From the IMG/VR virus record IMGVR_UViG_3300028591_000032, positions 1 to 45,104 of that record: a stretch of DNA of 45,104 nt; one strand, given 5' to 3'. A program made the position numbers and the translations under genes. The DNA is from a virus. The notes beneath the pieces are model-generated. The model made no database searches. It was given only the letters and a program-made list of their open reading frames with translations, and was not told the DNA's origin. This document shows positions 1 through 8,727 of the stretch, in pieces; the stretch's first letter is position 1; the number at the start of each line of letters is the position of its first letter.

Positions 1-127
1 AACAGGCTGTAGTCCCCGGTATCCCGCCCGATCTGCCTGTACTGGTGCAGGATTCCCATGGCAGTGTCCAGGTCGCTACCTCCCCACGCTTCGGAGGAGG
101 CAAGTCTTTCCGCCTCCCCGTCGAAGT
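1..127. repeat. Terminal overlap, copy 1 (identical to 44978-45104)
   Basis: Direct comparison of the first 127 nt and the last 127 nt of the window. Confidence 0.95.
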
Positions 128-3100
128 CTGCCTGCAGCCGCCCCAGGGCCTCGTTCATGCTGCTGCGCTCGCTGATCGGGTCGTAAGTGAACTTTTCCGG
201 TTGGGTCTCGGCCATCTGCCGCTCCACCTCGTTGTACAGCCCGCCCAGCTCAAAGGCGTTGCTGCGGACCCGGGAGACCTTCCGATTCTCGCGGGGGTTC
301 GTGGTGCGGTAGTCCCCGTCCCCACGGCGCTCAGCCGGACCCGGCACGGTGGGCCGGAAGACCAGCTTCTCGCTTGGGGCGGTTTCGATGGAGGCGCTGC
401 CACCCGCTTCGTCCACCATGCGCTGCGCGGTCTCCATATCCCCCGCTTCCACGGCAGCCAAATATGCCTCGTCATCGATCTCCCGGCTGGCCTTGCCGCT
501 CTCCCGGCTGGCCTTGGCAGTCTCTGACACATTGACTGGCTGATTGTTCTGCACCCGTCGCTCCGTCTCCCGGATGGTCTCGCTCATGCGCTGCCGGAGC
601 TTCCGGTCTCCCAGCCGCTCCCTCAGCATGTCGAAGCCCGCTCGGTAATCCGCCAGCATCTCGTCCTCGATCTCAACCGGGTCCGTGACGCCCAGCTTGG
701 CATAGGCGTTTACGTAGCGGTTCAGGATGGCGTCATAGTTCCGGGATATCTCCGGGTCCGCACGGAGATCGCGGATGATCTCCGCCCGCAGCTCGGGACT
801 CTGCTTCAGTTCCCGGTGCAGCTCTTCGTGCGCGGCGAGCTGCTGCCAGCTGAGTCGGTCATGGTTCACCTGGACCCACATGGTCTTGCCGTCACCGGAA
901 ACGAAGGCCCTTGCCCGGTTCCCGCCCTGGAGGCCGAGCTGGCCCACCATGGGGACGAACCTCACACCCCTGTCTGCGTAGTCCTGTACGGTCTGCCGCA
1001 GCTCGCTGTCCCACAGGTCCTCCGGGAAGTATGCGGCGAGCTTCTCCTCAGTGCCGTTGTCCAGTCCTGCCTCCCTGGCAGAGAATGCGGTCAGCTCTCC
1101 CCGAAAATGTCGGACCTGATCTGTGATTTCAGCCGCTCGATGAGACTGGGATCTGGTTTCCCGGAGGCCCCGGAAGTTCTGGAGGAATCTACCCAGACCA
1201 GCTCTCCGTCCTGCGTCTCCACCAGCGCCCTGCCGCCCTGCTTTCGTTCCGCCGTCTGCTGCAGCGGATTCTCCCGCTGCGGCGTCCGCTCCGCGCCGGG
1301 CAGCTTCAGCTTCTTCTCGTCCATTGCCCCTTACCTCCCCTTCTTCGGATGCAGTCAGAGTATCCCCGGTCTGCTCTGCTGTCAAGCCCGTCTCTAGCAG
1401 ATTCTGCCCCGCCGGAGCGGTACGTTCTTCCGCCTCGCCGGAGGCTTCCGTCTCTTCCGTTCCGCGTATCTGCCCGGCTTCGACGGTCCTCTGCTGCACG
1501 GCGTACTGCCGCACGGCGTCCATGACGGCCTGCCGCCCGGCGGGGTCGTTGCGCACATCGCCCTCTAGTACGCCCTCGCTGCGCAGCAGCTCGATAGCTT
1601 CGGGGCTCTCGATGATGCGCCGTGCATCGTACTGGGTCACCCGCTCGCCGTTCTCGATCTTGGAGAGAGCGTTGGCCAGGTTGACATCCCGCGCCAGCGC
1701 CTGTGCCCTGCTCCCCAGGGAAGCTGCGCCGTACCGCACATAGGGCGATGCGTACTGCACCGCGGCGCTGGCGGCGCCCATGACGCCGCCGGAGAGAGCG
1801 CCGCCCAGGAAGTCCGTCCCCAGCTCTTTGACCCGCTGTGTGAGCATGTTGCTGACGGCCTCCTTGCGGGACATGCCCCCGGCCTCCAGCTCCGCGACGC
1901 CCCGCTTCCACTCGCTCTTGTCCTGTCCGGAAATCAGGTCGTACAGGGCGTCCGCGCCCCAGTTCAGCAGATCGCTGGCAGCTTCCTCGCTGCCCTCGGC
2001 CAGCATGTTCTTGGCGACATACCGGATAACGCCGTCCGCCAGCATATCCGGGTCCAGCAGGGCCTCCAGGCTGACGTTTTCCGTGAGGATCTCCGCCAGG
2101 CCTGCAACGATGCCCAGGGTGAAGGCCCTGGTGCTGTCCATGCCCTGGTCCCGCAGGCTGGTGACCGTGTCCGCCGCCGCCCCGGTGCCCATGATGAGCA
2201 GGGAGGGCTGCGCCAGCTTCCCCAGGGTCTGCGCCAGCTTACCCCCGGAGGCCTCCCACATGCCGCCCGCGAAGCCGCCGGTGATGGCGGACTGAAAAAT
2301 GAAGTCCAGCATGGATATACCCGTCTGGTACAGGAAGGATCCGGATTCCCCCCACTTTTCCGCTTGCTTCGATGCCTCGTCCCGGATGGCGGATGGAATA
2401 TAGCTGAACTGGTTCCAGGCGGCGTTCTGGTCGATATTCCCCGTGGCAGCCATATCGATGGCTTGTCCGAAGAGTGACACGGCCTTCGCTGGGGATGTGA
2501 TGACGCTGTACAGGGAGGTTGCCCAGGGATGCTTCGCCGTCTCTGCGCGCCACCAGTCCTCGTCAGCCTGCCGCTGCTTCCGGTTGAGTCTGGGGGTGAT
2601 CTCCCCGAGGAAAGCGTTGGCCGCGTCCTTGCCCTTGGTGGAATACAGGTAGTTGTATACTCCCCGCTCCTCCTCCGTCATGCGGGTGAGATAGCTCTTG
2701 TCCATGGCGGGGCCGTTGTGGCTGTTCCACTCCGTGAGGATATCGTTGGCCGCGTTCCCCCGGGCGTCGGTGTAGCTGCCGTTGATGATGGCGTAGTCCA
2801 CGTCCCGGTACCCGGAGTCGATGTAGTTTCCCAGCTTGCCGTACCGGGAGCCGCCCTGCATCATGGCCGCGTCCGCACGGCTCTTCTCCCCCCAGTCCGT
2901 CTGCTGCATGAGGGGGAGATACTTGGCCATGCTGTCACGGTATTCAAGATCCTCCAGACGGCTCTGCGCCTGGCTCGCCTGCCCCCGAAGCTGTTCCGCC
3001 CGGGCTCGCATCTCCCCGGCCTGCCGGATGGGGTCCCACACGTTCTCCCGCTGGTACTGACCCACCTGCTCCGGAGTCATGCGGCTGTAGTCCGGATGCA

Positions 3101-3788
3101 GCGCCTCGTATCCCTCCGCGTCCTGTATGGCCCTGTCGGCTCGGATATCCAGCACCTTGGCCTCCGCCAGCAGCTTCTCTCCCTCGTCCGGATTCGCCCG
3201 TGTATACTGATCCAGCGCCGTCTGCACCTCCCGGTACCGGCGCAGGGTGTCCTCATACGCCGCGGCGTTCTGCTGGGCGTGCCCCGCCAGGGTGTTGTAT
3301 TGCTGTGCCGCCATGCGGTACTTGTGTGCAGCCAGCTGATACTGCCCCAGCAGGGCGGTATACTCTTCCCTGTACCGGGAGGGATCGGGGGCCGCCTGAA
3401 TACGGGAGACCATGTCGTTCATGGCCCGTTCCAGGGCCTCGTACCGCTCCTTGGCTCCCTGGGCGTAGGCGCTGAGATTGCCGTTCACCGCCATGGGCTT
3501 CTGGCTCAGCTCCTGCAGCCTTCGGCTGTAGCCCAGCAGGTCATGTTCCGCCTGCGCTGGGTCCGCGGCGACCCGGGCGCCCGTGTCCCGGGTGTCCATG
3601 GCCGCCATGCGGCTCTCCCGGGCCTGCTGCGCGGTGCGGGGCGTCTGCTGAGGCTGCGCGGTCTGCTGCTTCTGCTGCGCCGCCCTGAGCCGTGCCAGCC
3701 CGGTCAGCCCGGAGGTCTCCTCCTCCGTGTCCTTCGTCCCGGACGTGGCCGCCTGAAGCCGCGCCAGCCCTGTCAGTCTCTCTGCCAT
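1..3788 (-). CDS. Giant virion/ejection-type polyvalent-like protein, N-terminal 1,262 codons. It continues across the circular junction into 44977..41236, for 2,509 aa in total.
   Basis: Manual translation from ATG 3788 (SD AAGGAGG at 3794-3800) shows no stop down to base 1. The frame joins MGILHQYRQIG of track ORF 41236..45036 once the 127-bp overlap is removed. It has a Q-rich, coiled-coil-like N-terminus, several Gly/Ala-rich hydrophobic segments (about 1630-2500) and an HEELH motif at 816-830 within AFVSGDGKTMWVQVNHDRLSWQQLAAHEELH. Confidence 0.8.
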   Translation of the reverse strand, partial: MAERLTGLARLQAATSGTKDTEEETSGLTGLARLRAAQQKQQTAQPQQTPRTAQQARESRMAAMDTRDTGARVAADPAQAEHDLLGYSRRLQELSQKPMAVNGNLSAYAQGAKERYEALERAMNDMVSRIQAAPDPSRYREEYTALLGQYQLAAHKYRMAAQQYNTLAGHAQQNAAAYEDTLRRYREVQTALDQYTRANPDEGEKLLAEAKVLDIRADRAIQDAEGYEALHPDYSRMTPEQVGQYQRENVWDPIRQAGEMRARAEQLRGQASQAQSRLEDLEYRDSMAKYLPLMQQTDWGEKSRADAAMMQGGSRYGKLGNYIDSGYRDVDYAIINGSYTDARGNAANDILTEWNSHNGPAMDKSYLTRMTEEERGVYNYLYSTKGKDAANAFLGEITPRLNRKQRQADEDWWRAETAKHPWATSLYSVITSPAKAVSLFGQAIDMAATGNIDQNAAWNQFSYIPSAIRDEASKQAEKWGESGSFLYQTGISMLDFIFQSAITGGFAGGMWEASGGKLAQTLGKLAQPSLLIMGTGAAADTVTSLRDQGMDSTRAFTLGIVAGLAEILTENVSLEALLDPDMLADGVIRYVAKNMLAEGSEEAASDLLNWGADALYDLISGQDKSEWKRGVAELEAGGMSRKEAVSNMLTQRVKELGTDFLGGALSGGVMGAASAAVQYASPYVRYGAASLGSRAQALARDVNLANALSKIENGERVTQYDARRIIESPEAIELLRSEGVLEGDVRNDPAGRQAVMDAVRQYAVQQRTVEAGQIRGTEETEASGEAEERTAPAGQNLLETGLTAEQTGDTLTASEEGEVRGNGREEAEAARRGADAAAGESAAADGGTKAGRQGAGGDAGRRAGLGRFLQNFRGLRETRSQSHRAAEITDQVRHFRGELTAFSAREAGLDNGTEEKLAAYFPEDLWDSELRQTVQDYADRGVRFVPMVGQLGLQGGNRARAFVSGDGKTMWVQVNHDRLSWQQLAAHEELHRELKQSPELRAEIIRDLRADPEISRNYDAILNRYVNAYAKLGVTDPVEIEDEMLADYRAGFDMLRERLGDRKLRQRMSETIRETERRVQNNQPVNVSETAKASRESGKASREIDDEAYLAAVEAGDMETAQRMVDEAGGSASIETAPSEKLVFRPTVPGPAERRGDGDYRTTNPRENRKVSRVRSNAFELGGLYNEVERQMAETQPEKFTYDPISERSSMNEALGRLQADFDGEAERLASSEAWGGSDLDTAMGILHQYRQIGRDTGDYSL
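1091..1324 (-). CDS. 77-aa ORF nested in the +1 frame of the giant ORF (overprinted gene, or the ancestral frame of that segment)
   Basis: ATG 1324 lies 9 nt after GGGGAGG. A hand count gives about 80% G/C at third positions here, against about 47% for the giant frame over the same bases. The peptide composition is ordinary (MDEKKLKLPG...LIERLKSQIRSDIFGES). Confidence 0.4.
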   Translation of the reverse strand: MDEKKLKLPGAERTPQRENPLQQTAERKQGGRALVETQDGELVWVDSSRTSGASGKPDPSLIERLKSQIRSDIFGES

Positions 3789-3798
3789 GCTTCCCTCC

Positions 3799-5721
3799 TT
3801 AGTCCAGGCCGAACTCGTCCATGAGCATATCCACCTCGTATTCGTGGATGAGGCCCTGCTTCACCGCGCTGTTCAGCAGGGTGAGACCCTTGCTGGGATC
3901 CTTCCGCAGCACCTGCCGGATGTTTCTGTAGCCCTCGCTCATGGTCCTGCCGCCCTGGTGCTGTACCCCGGAGATATCGTTGCCCCGGAAGCTGTAGCTC
4001 CCCGTGCCGCTGTCACCCGCTCCCGGCTCCAGCTGCCGGGACGCCAGGATCTCCTCCGGGGTGACCCCCAGCCCCGCCAGCTGCGTGATGGCCACATCCC
4101 GGTCCTCCGCCCCCTGTACCGCGTCGTTCACCAGATTCAGGTAGTCCGGCCTGGTCCGCAGTTCGCCCAGGTCGCCGCTGCCGCTCCCGGCGCCGGAGCC
4201 GGATCCGGACCCGCTGCCGGACCCGCTGCCGGACCCGCCCACGGCTCTGGCGTATACGGTCTGCTCCTGGGGACTGATGCCCAGGGCGGTGAGGCCGCCG
4301 TAGTCTCCGTACTGCGCCCCCAGCTTCGCTAGAGCCAGCCGCCGCTCGTATTCATCCTGGCTCTCTCCGTACCGCCTGTCGTATTCGCTCCATCCCCGGC
4401 TGTAGTCCGTCTCGTCCTGGTATCTCCGGCGGTCATACTCCGTCTGCTCCGCCTGACGTTGACGCTCATAGGCGTCAAGCGCCCGGGAATATTCCGTCTC
4501 ATTTGCGTACACTCCCCGATTATAGGCGTCACGGTCCGCCTGGAGCGCCCGCTCGTAGGCCTCCTGTTCCTCCGTGCGCCGGTCCCCCGTGGTGTCCCGC
4601 CACTGCTGGTAGCTCAGCTCCCGGTCCCGGTTATACTGCCCCAGGACGCCGTTGTTCCAGCGTTCATAGTCCCGGTCCTCCAGCCCCCTGTAGGCGTCCG
4701 CTAGCCCCAGCTGGCGCTGATACTCCGCCAGGTATCGCTCGTATGCCGCCTGGTACAGCTCCGGGATCTTGTCCGTGAGCTGCTGTCCGTAGTAGTTCCG
4801 CTGCTGCGCCGCCGCCGTTGCCCCGTAGGAGTTCGCCAGACCGCCCGTGCGGGCCGATACGCGCCCAAGGGTATCCTCCATGGCCCGTTGCCCCTCCCGG
4901 GTGTATTGGGCCTTGTAGGCCTGCCATACGGGGTCGGATTCCAGGTCGTACTCGAACTTTCCCCGCCCTGCCCGGTCCAGGGCGTCCCGCATCCTCTGAT
5001 CCCACTCCCCGCTCCGGTACTGCGGGGCTTCTCCGTAGCTCCAGAGCGCCGCCTGATAGGGCGTGGCGGGCTGCATGGCGCCCTGCCGGTATGCCCCGGT
5101 GGGGCCGTCGAACTCGCTGCCGTTCAGCCCCTCCTGATAGTACGCAGCGGCGGAGGCGGGAGCTGTGCTCCCGGATACCCCGCCCATGGCTCCGAAGTTC
5201 CAGGGCGTGACGGGATTCGTCCCGCCGAGTACCGCGCCGGAAGCGCCGGTGTCTCCGGTGGCTCCGGTGGCTTCGGAGGTCCCGGCGAGAACGCCCCAGC
5301 TCGTGGGGGTATTCGTCACCGAGCCGGTCTTCCGCACCTCCACGGGCGTGGAGATGTCCCTGGCCGGGTCCGCAGCGACGCCGCGCTGCAGGGTAGGCAC
5401 GTCCGCCATGCGTGTGGTGTCCCCTACGGCCCCCACGGCCTGGTCCCGGAGATCATCCCATTCGTCCAGGCTGAGCCAGCCGTGGCCCTTCTGGATGTCC
5501 AGCCCGCCCCCGGGCTGGCTCGCCGCCGTGACCGCAGCCTGATAGGGCGTGGCAGGCAGTGTCCCATTGTCCGGCAGGTCCGCGAACTGTTCCCCGAAGC
5601 GGTTTGCCCCGGAGAGGTTGGGTCGGCCCGGATTCAGGGGTGCGTCCTTCTGCTGCCCGGTGATCTTCTGCCCGCCGATCACGTCGTCTTCCAGATATAC
5701 GTCCTTCCTGGGCTTAGCCAT
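3799..5721 (-). CDS. 640-aa virion-associated protein of unknown function (Tyr/Arg/Glu-rich repeats and a Gly-Ser linker); candidate internal/ejection protein
   Basis: ATG 5721 follows AAGGAGG. The ORF is long with high G/C at third positions. It contains repeated Y-x-R/E motifs (EYDRRRYQDETDYSRGWSEYDRRYGESQDEYERR) and a (GS)n tract. Confidence 0.75.
   Translation of the reverse strand: MAKPRKDVYLEDDVIGGQKITGQQKDAPLNPGRPNLSGANRFGEQFADLPDNGTLPATPYQAAVTAASQPGGGLDIQKGHGWLSLDEWDDLRDQAVGAVGDTTRMADVPTLQRGVAADPARDISTPVEVRKTGSVTNTPTSWGVLAGTSEATGATGDTGASGAVLGGTNPVTPWNFGAMGGVSGSTAPASAAAYYQEGLNGSEFDGPTGAYRQGAMQPATPYQAALWSYGEAPQYRSGEWDQRMRDALDRAGRGKFEYDLESDPVWQAYKAQYTREGQRAMEDTLGRVSARTGGLANSYGATAAAQQRNYYGQQLTDKIPELYQAAYERYLAEYQRQLGLADAYRGLEDRDYERWNNGVLGQYNRDRELSYQQWRDTTGDRRTEEQEAYERALQADRDAYNRGVYANETEYSRALDAYERQRQAEQTEYDRRRYQDETDYSRGWSEYDRRYGESQDEYERRLALAKLGAQYGDYGGLTALGISPQEQTVYARAVGGSGSGSGSGSGSGSGAGSGSGDLGELRTRPDYLNLVNDAVQGAEDRDVAITQLAGLGVTPEEILASRQLEPGAGDSGTGSYSFRGNDISGVQHQGGRTMSEGYRNIRQVLRKDPSKGLTLLNSAVKQGLIHEYEVDMLMDEFGLD
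4174..4239. repeat. GCY/GGA-type microsatellite encoding the (Gly-Ser)n linker of the 640-aa protein
   Basis: The sequence gccgctgccgctcccggcgccggagccggatccggacccgctgccggacccgctgccggacccgcc encodes GGSGSGSGSGSGSGAGSGSG. Confidence 0.8.
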
Positions 5722-5869
5722 GCTCTTCCTCCTTCTCCAAAGCTCTGAGGCGCGTCTCCAGCCGGGTCAGCTCCCGCTCCAGCTCCGCCTGTATCTCGTT
5801 CACATGGTCCTGGATGGCCTGGGGCTTGTCCCGGACGCCCCGGAGATCCAGCTTCCTCCGAAATCTCAC
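5714..5869 (-). CDS. Small 51-aa coiled-coil protein (below the track cutoff)
   Basis: A GTG start overlaps the TGA of the upstream gene (GTGA), and the 3-prime end overlaps ATG 5721. The translation RFRRKLDLRGVRDKPQAIQDHVNEIQAELERELTRLETRLRALEKEEEHG looks like a real coiled coil. Confidence 0.4.
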   Translation of the reverse strand: MRFRRKLDLRGVRDKPQAIQDHVNEIQAELERELTRLETRLRALEKEEEHG

Positions 5870-8259
5870 GGCATGATCCCTCCGTATACGCTCCCCACGG
5901 TGTACTCCCTGGTGATGCTCATGATAGCGCCGTCCCCCGCGCCCTGGATGCGCAGCAGCACCTTGTCCTGTCTGTGGGGCGCGATGGGGATGATCACCGT
6001 ACCCTCCACCTCGCCGCCGGAGCCGGTCTGGATGGTCCGCTCCGTGCGCTCCTGACCGCCGTATATGGTGCTGATCCGGAGATATTGATCCCCCGCCCCG
6101 ATGGTGAGCGGCCCCAGCTTGTACCGGATGATGAGCCGCAGCAGCCGCTTCCGCTCCGGGGGAAGATCCTCGTCCAGCACTGCCAGGGTGGCGGACCACG
6201 GGACGGCGGAGAGGTAGCCGGAGGAGTTGCCCTCGTCCACGGCCTTGCCGTTCTCCCGACGGCTGGTATACCTGCCGTCCCAGTACAGCACCTCCGGCGC
6301 TTCGCCGCTCACGGCGGCCCTGACCTCCGGGTATGTCGCCATGGAGCGCATCCACAGACCGCGCACCGTGTCATAGCTCAGCGTCTCCCACGCCTCGTCC
6401 TGGGTGTTCCGGGTGTTCAGGTAGTACCGCTTTCCGTCCGTCCAGCCAACGCCGCCGGAGTACGGGATGGTCCCCAGCTTCCCGCCGATGCGCCGGGGCT
6501 CAGCTCCGGCGTAGACGTATACGTCCTCCGGCCCCAGGTAGTACAGCCGCTCCGCGATGTTGATAATGGTCCGGTGTGCCCCCGCCTGTACTCCGGGGAT
6601 AGTGGCCGTCCCCGTGGCGTAGGTGTCCGGTGTGTAGCCCGTGACCTCCACCAGCTTGTCCTCCTTCCAGCAGAGGACGCGCCCGCCGTAGGGGCAGATG
6701 GCGGTGAAATCTCCCTCAGTGCCGTCCGCCGTCTGCCAGGAATCCGTGCTGAGCCCGGCGAACAGGGCGAACACCGTAGGCTCCCCCAGGGCGGAGGCGT
6801 AGATGATTCGGCTGTAGAAGGTACTGAGCGTCCTGGTCTCCGGGTCCCACGCCCGGTTTTGCACCCGGTTCGCCACGCCCCAGAGCCGGTTTTCCGATGC
6901 GCAAATGTAGTCCATGGGGGGGACAATGCGCTCCAGCGTTGCGGTTTCTGTGGAATACTCCTCCGCCGTCAGCTCCGTGGCGTCGGAGCTGGGGAGGTCA
7001 GCTTCCAGAGTCTGCACCGTGGCCCGGATCTCCGGCTGCCAGACGTATACATGGGTCAGGTCCTCCGGGAGAAGGTACAGCACCTGCCCTGCGTACAGAG
7101 CTCCGTCTGTCTCCGTGCGCCATGTCTGCGCCCCGTAGGTGATGTCCAGCCGCGTGCCGTCCGGGATGTCGTTCTCCAGCTCTGCTGTCGCCATAGGCAC
7201 GGTGAAGCTCCCCTCCGCCACCGTGACCGTCTCCTCGTCCACGCTGAGCACCCGAAGATCCTCCCCGTCCCCGAAGCCGTAGAGCGTGCCGGTGATGTTG
7301 AGGATATCCCCCTGGTGGAAGATCTCGCTCAGCACGGGATTCCCGGATGCATTGACCTGGTATACGGTATAGGTGCAGTCGAAGGCCGCGGTGGTTGTGT
7401 CCGCTTCCTCGTTGTGGACGTACTCCCTGGAACGGATGCCCGTGATCACCGCGTATTGCCCCAGGGCGTTGTATCGCGCGGGGTTGGGATTCTGTACCGT
7501 CTCGTGATACGCCTGAGGGTCCTCCGGGTCCCGCACCCGTCTCGCAAAGCCAGGCACATACATCCCGTCCTGCCCGGGGATGAAGATGACGTCCATGGTG
7601 CTGTCGCCGATCCTGTAGTCCACCAGCAGATCGGAGTACATGCCGCCCTTGCTGGCCAGCGCAGCCAGCGCAGTGAGATCCCATGCGCCGTCATGCCAGC
7701 ATGCCTCCACGGCAGCCCTGTCCGTGCCGTAGGTGTACAGGAACAGGTTGACGTCTCCCGCTGCGCCCGTCACGCCCGTGTAGCTCTGGGAATTCCGTAC
7801 CATGGAAGAGGAGAAGGTCCCGATGCTATGATCCGTGAGAGCCACGCCGTGAAGCTCCGCCTCCGCGTTCATAGGCTCCAGCGTCATGCTGCGCAGATCC
7901 ACCACGGCCTTGTCCGGCCAGATGACGAGCTTGGTGTTCACCACGGCCCATTGCTTGGCCCCCGGCGTGAGCGTGCCGATGGCCCGGGGCAGCCCGCTGC
8001 CCTCCTGTAGGTACAGCGTACCCGCGCCGCTTACAGAGAACAGCCGGTCCCCGTCCCGGAACATGTCAGTGCTGCCGGCGTATTCGATGTCCTGAAATTC
8101 CCCCTGTCTGGGGGCGAGATACGGCCACCGCCTGGTGCTGACGTTTTCGCATTCCGTCAGTTCGCCCTCCCGCACGTCATCGGAGCGATTCAGGCCGCCG
8201 AACTGAAGGAGCTGGCGCTGTACCGCGCCGCGCCCGCTGATCCTCGGAAACAGACTCAT
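5866..8259 (-). CDS. 797-aa large structural protein; candidate tail nozzle/hub (beta-rich, propeller-like repeats)
   Basis: ATG 8259 overlaps the xhlA-like stop (ATGA). The N-terminus reads LLQFGGLNRSDDVREGELTECENV. Y/W-rich strand motifs recur (LYYLG, YWDGRY, RYYLN). The size is comparable to podovirus nozzle proteins. The function is an inference. Confidence 0.7.
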   Translation of the reverse strand: MSLFPRISGRGAVQRQLLQFGGLNRSDDVREGELTECENVSTRRWPYLAPRQGEFQDIEYAGSTDMFRDGDRLFSVSGAGTLYLQEGSGLPRAIGTLTPGAKQWAVVNTKLVIWPDKAVVDLRSMTLEPMNAEAELHGVALTDHSIGTFSSSMVRNSQSYTGVTGAAGDVNLFLYTYGTDRAAVEACWHDGAWDLTALAALASKGGMYSDLLVDYRIGDSTMDVIFIPGQDGMYVPGFARRVRDPEDPQAYHETVQNPNPARYNALGQYAVITGIRSREYVHNEEADTTTAAFDCTYTVYQVNASGNPVLSEIFHQGDILNITGTLYGFGDGEDLRVLSVDEETVTVAEGSFTVPMATAELENDIPDGTRLDITYGAQTWRTETDGALYAGQVLYLLPEDLTHVYVWQPEIRATVQTLEADLPSSDATELTAEEYSTETATLERIVPPMDYICASENRLWGVANRVQNRAWDPETRTLSTFYSRIIYASALGEPTVFALFAGLSTDSWQTADGTEGDFTAICPYGGRVLCWKEDKLVEVTGYTPDTYATGTATIPGVQAGAHRTIINIAERLYYLGPEDVYVYAGAEPRRIGGKLGTIPYSGGVGWTDGKRYYLNTRNTQDEAWETLSYDTVRGLWMRSMATYPEVRAAVSGEAPEVLYWDGRYTSRRENGKAVDEGNSSGYLSAVPWSATLAVLDEDLPPERKRLLRLIIRYKLGPLTIGAGDQYLRISTIYGGQERTERTIQTGSGGEVEGTVIIPIAPHRQDKVLLRIQGAGDGAIMSITREYTVGSVYGGIMP

Positions 8260-8525
8260 GATATCCCCATCCTTACCGCGATGTAGGCCAGCAGCGCCGT
8301 CACCACCCAGGTGAGCACGCTCTGGCTGACGCTGTCCCATCGTTTCCCCGGCCTGAGCCGCATTTCCTGGAGGGTTTTAGTCATTTCCTCCAGTTTGCCG
8401 TCGATCTGGTCCAGGCGCTGCTTCAGCAGGGCCAGGGTGATGTCCCCGTTGTGCAGCCGCTCCTCGGCGGCGTCCATGCGCCGCCGAAGGTCCTCGAATT
8501 CCACGCGGGTCACCGGTTCATTCAT
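8256..8525 (-). CDS. xhlA: XhlA-like lysis accessory protein (coiled coil plus a C-terminal transmembrane helix)
   Basis: 89 aa. An N-terminal coiled coil (EDLRRRMDAAEERL...IDGKLEEMTKTLQEM) is followed by the hydrophobic helix VLTWVVTALLAYIAV. It sits next to the holin and endolysin. Confidence 0.55.
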   Translation of the reverse strand: MNEPVTRVEFEDLRRRMDAAEERLHNGDITLALLKQRLDQIDGKLEEMTKTLQEMRLRPGKRWDSVSQSVLTWVVTALLAYIAVRMGIS

Positions 8526-8727
8526 CGGCAGCTCCCTCGCCCTCTGCCTCCGGCAGACCCGTGACGATGCTGGTGAGGATACTCAGGATCCCCGCCAGCA
8601 AGGAGGCGGACGCCACTGCGAGCCAGTTGACCTCCTCCATTACCGCCGTGGTGCCGATGACGGCGATGGCCGTCTGTGCCACCGTCCGCAGTGCCCGGAT
8701 CCCCGCCGCCTTCAGAAATTTCTTCAT
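8518..8727 (-). CDS. Holin (two transmembrane segments)
   Basis: ATG 8727 follows AAGGAGAGGGAG. The sequence is MKKFLKAAGIRALRTVAQTAIAVIGT...WLAVASASLLAGILSILTSIVTGLPE. It lies immediately downstream of the endolysin. Confidence 0.7.
   Translation of the reverse strand: MKKFLKAAGIRALRTVAQTAIAVIGTTAVMEEVNWLAVASASLLAGILSILTSIVTGLPEAEGEGAADE

Noticed and set aside
1-3788. The giant ORF as a tape measure protein or as an N4/crAss-type virion RNA polymerase
   Set aside because: There are no tail tube or chaperone genes. A 2,509-aa tape measure would imply an implausibly long tail. I saw no DxDxD-type catalytic motif in the hand translation. The RNA polymerase question stays only weakly excluded without a profile search.
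2529-3824. Long plus-strand ORFs (for example 2529..3824, 5974..8010, 12091..13710, 17233..19419, 19841..21301, 23852..24337) and many other Arg/Pro/Gly-rich ORFs in the track
   Set aside because: They are codon-aligned antisense or off-frame shadows of the real minus-strand genes in GC-rich DNA. Their composition is junk-like, they have no SD, and their third-position G/C is poor.
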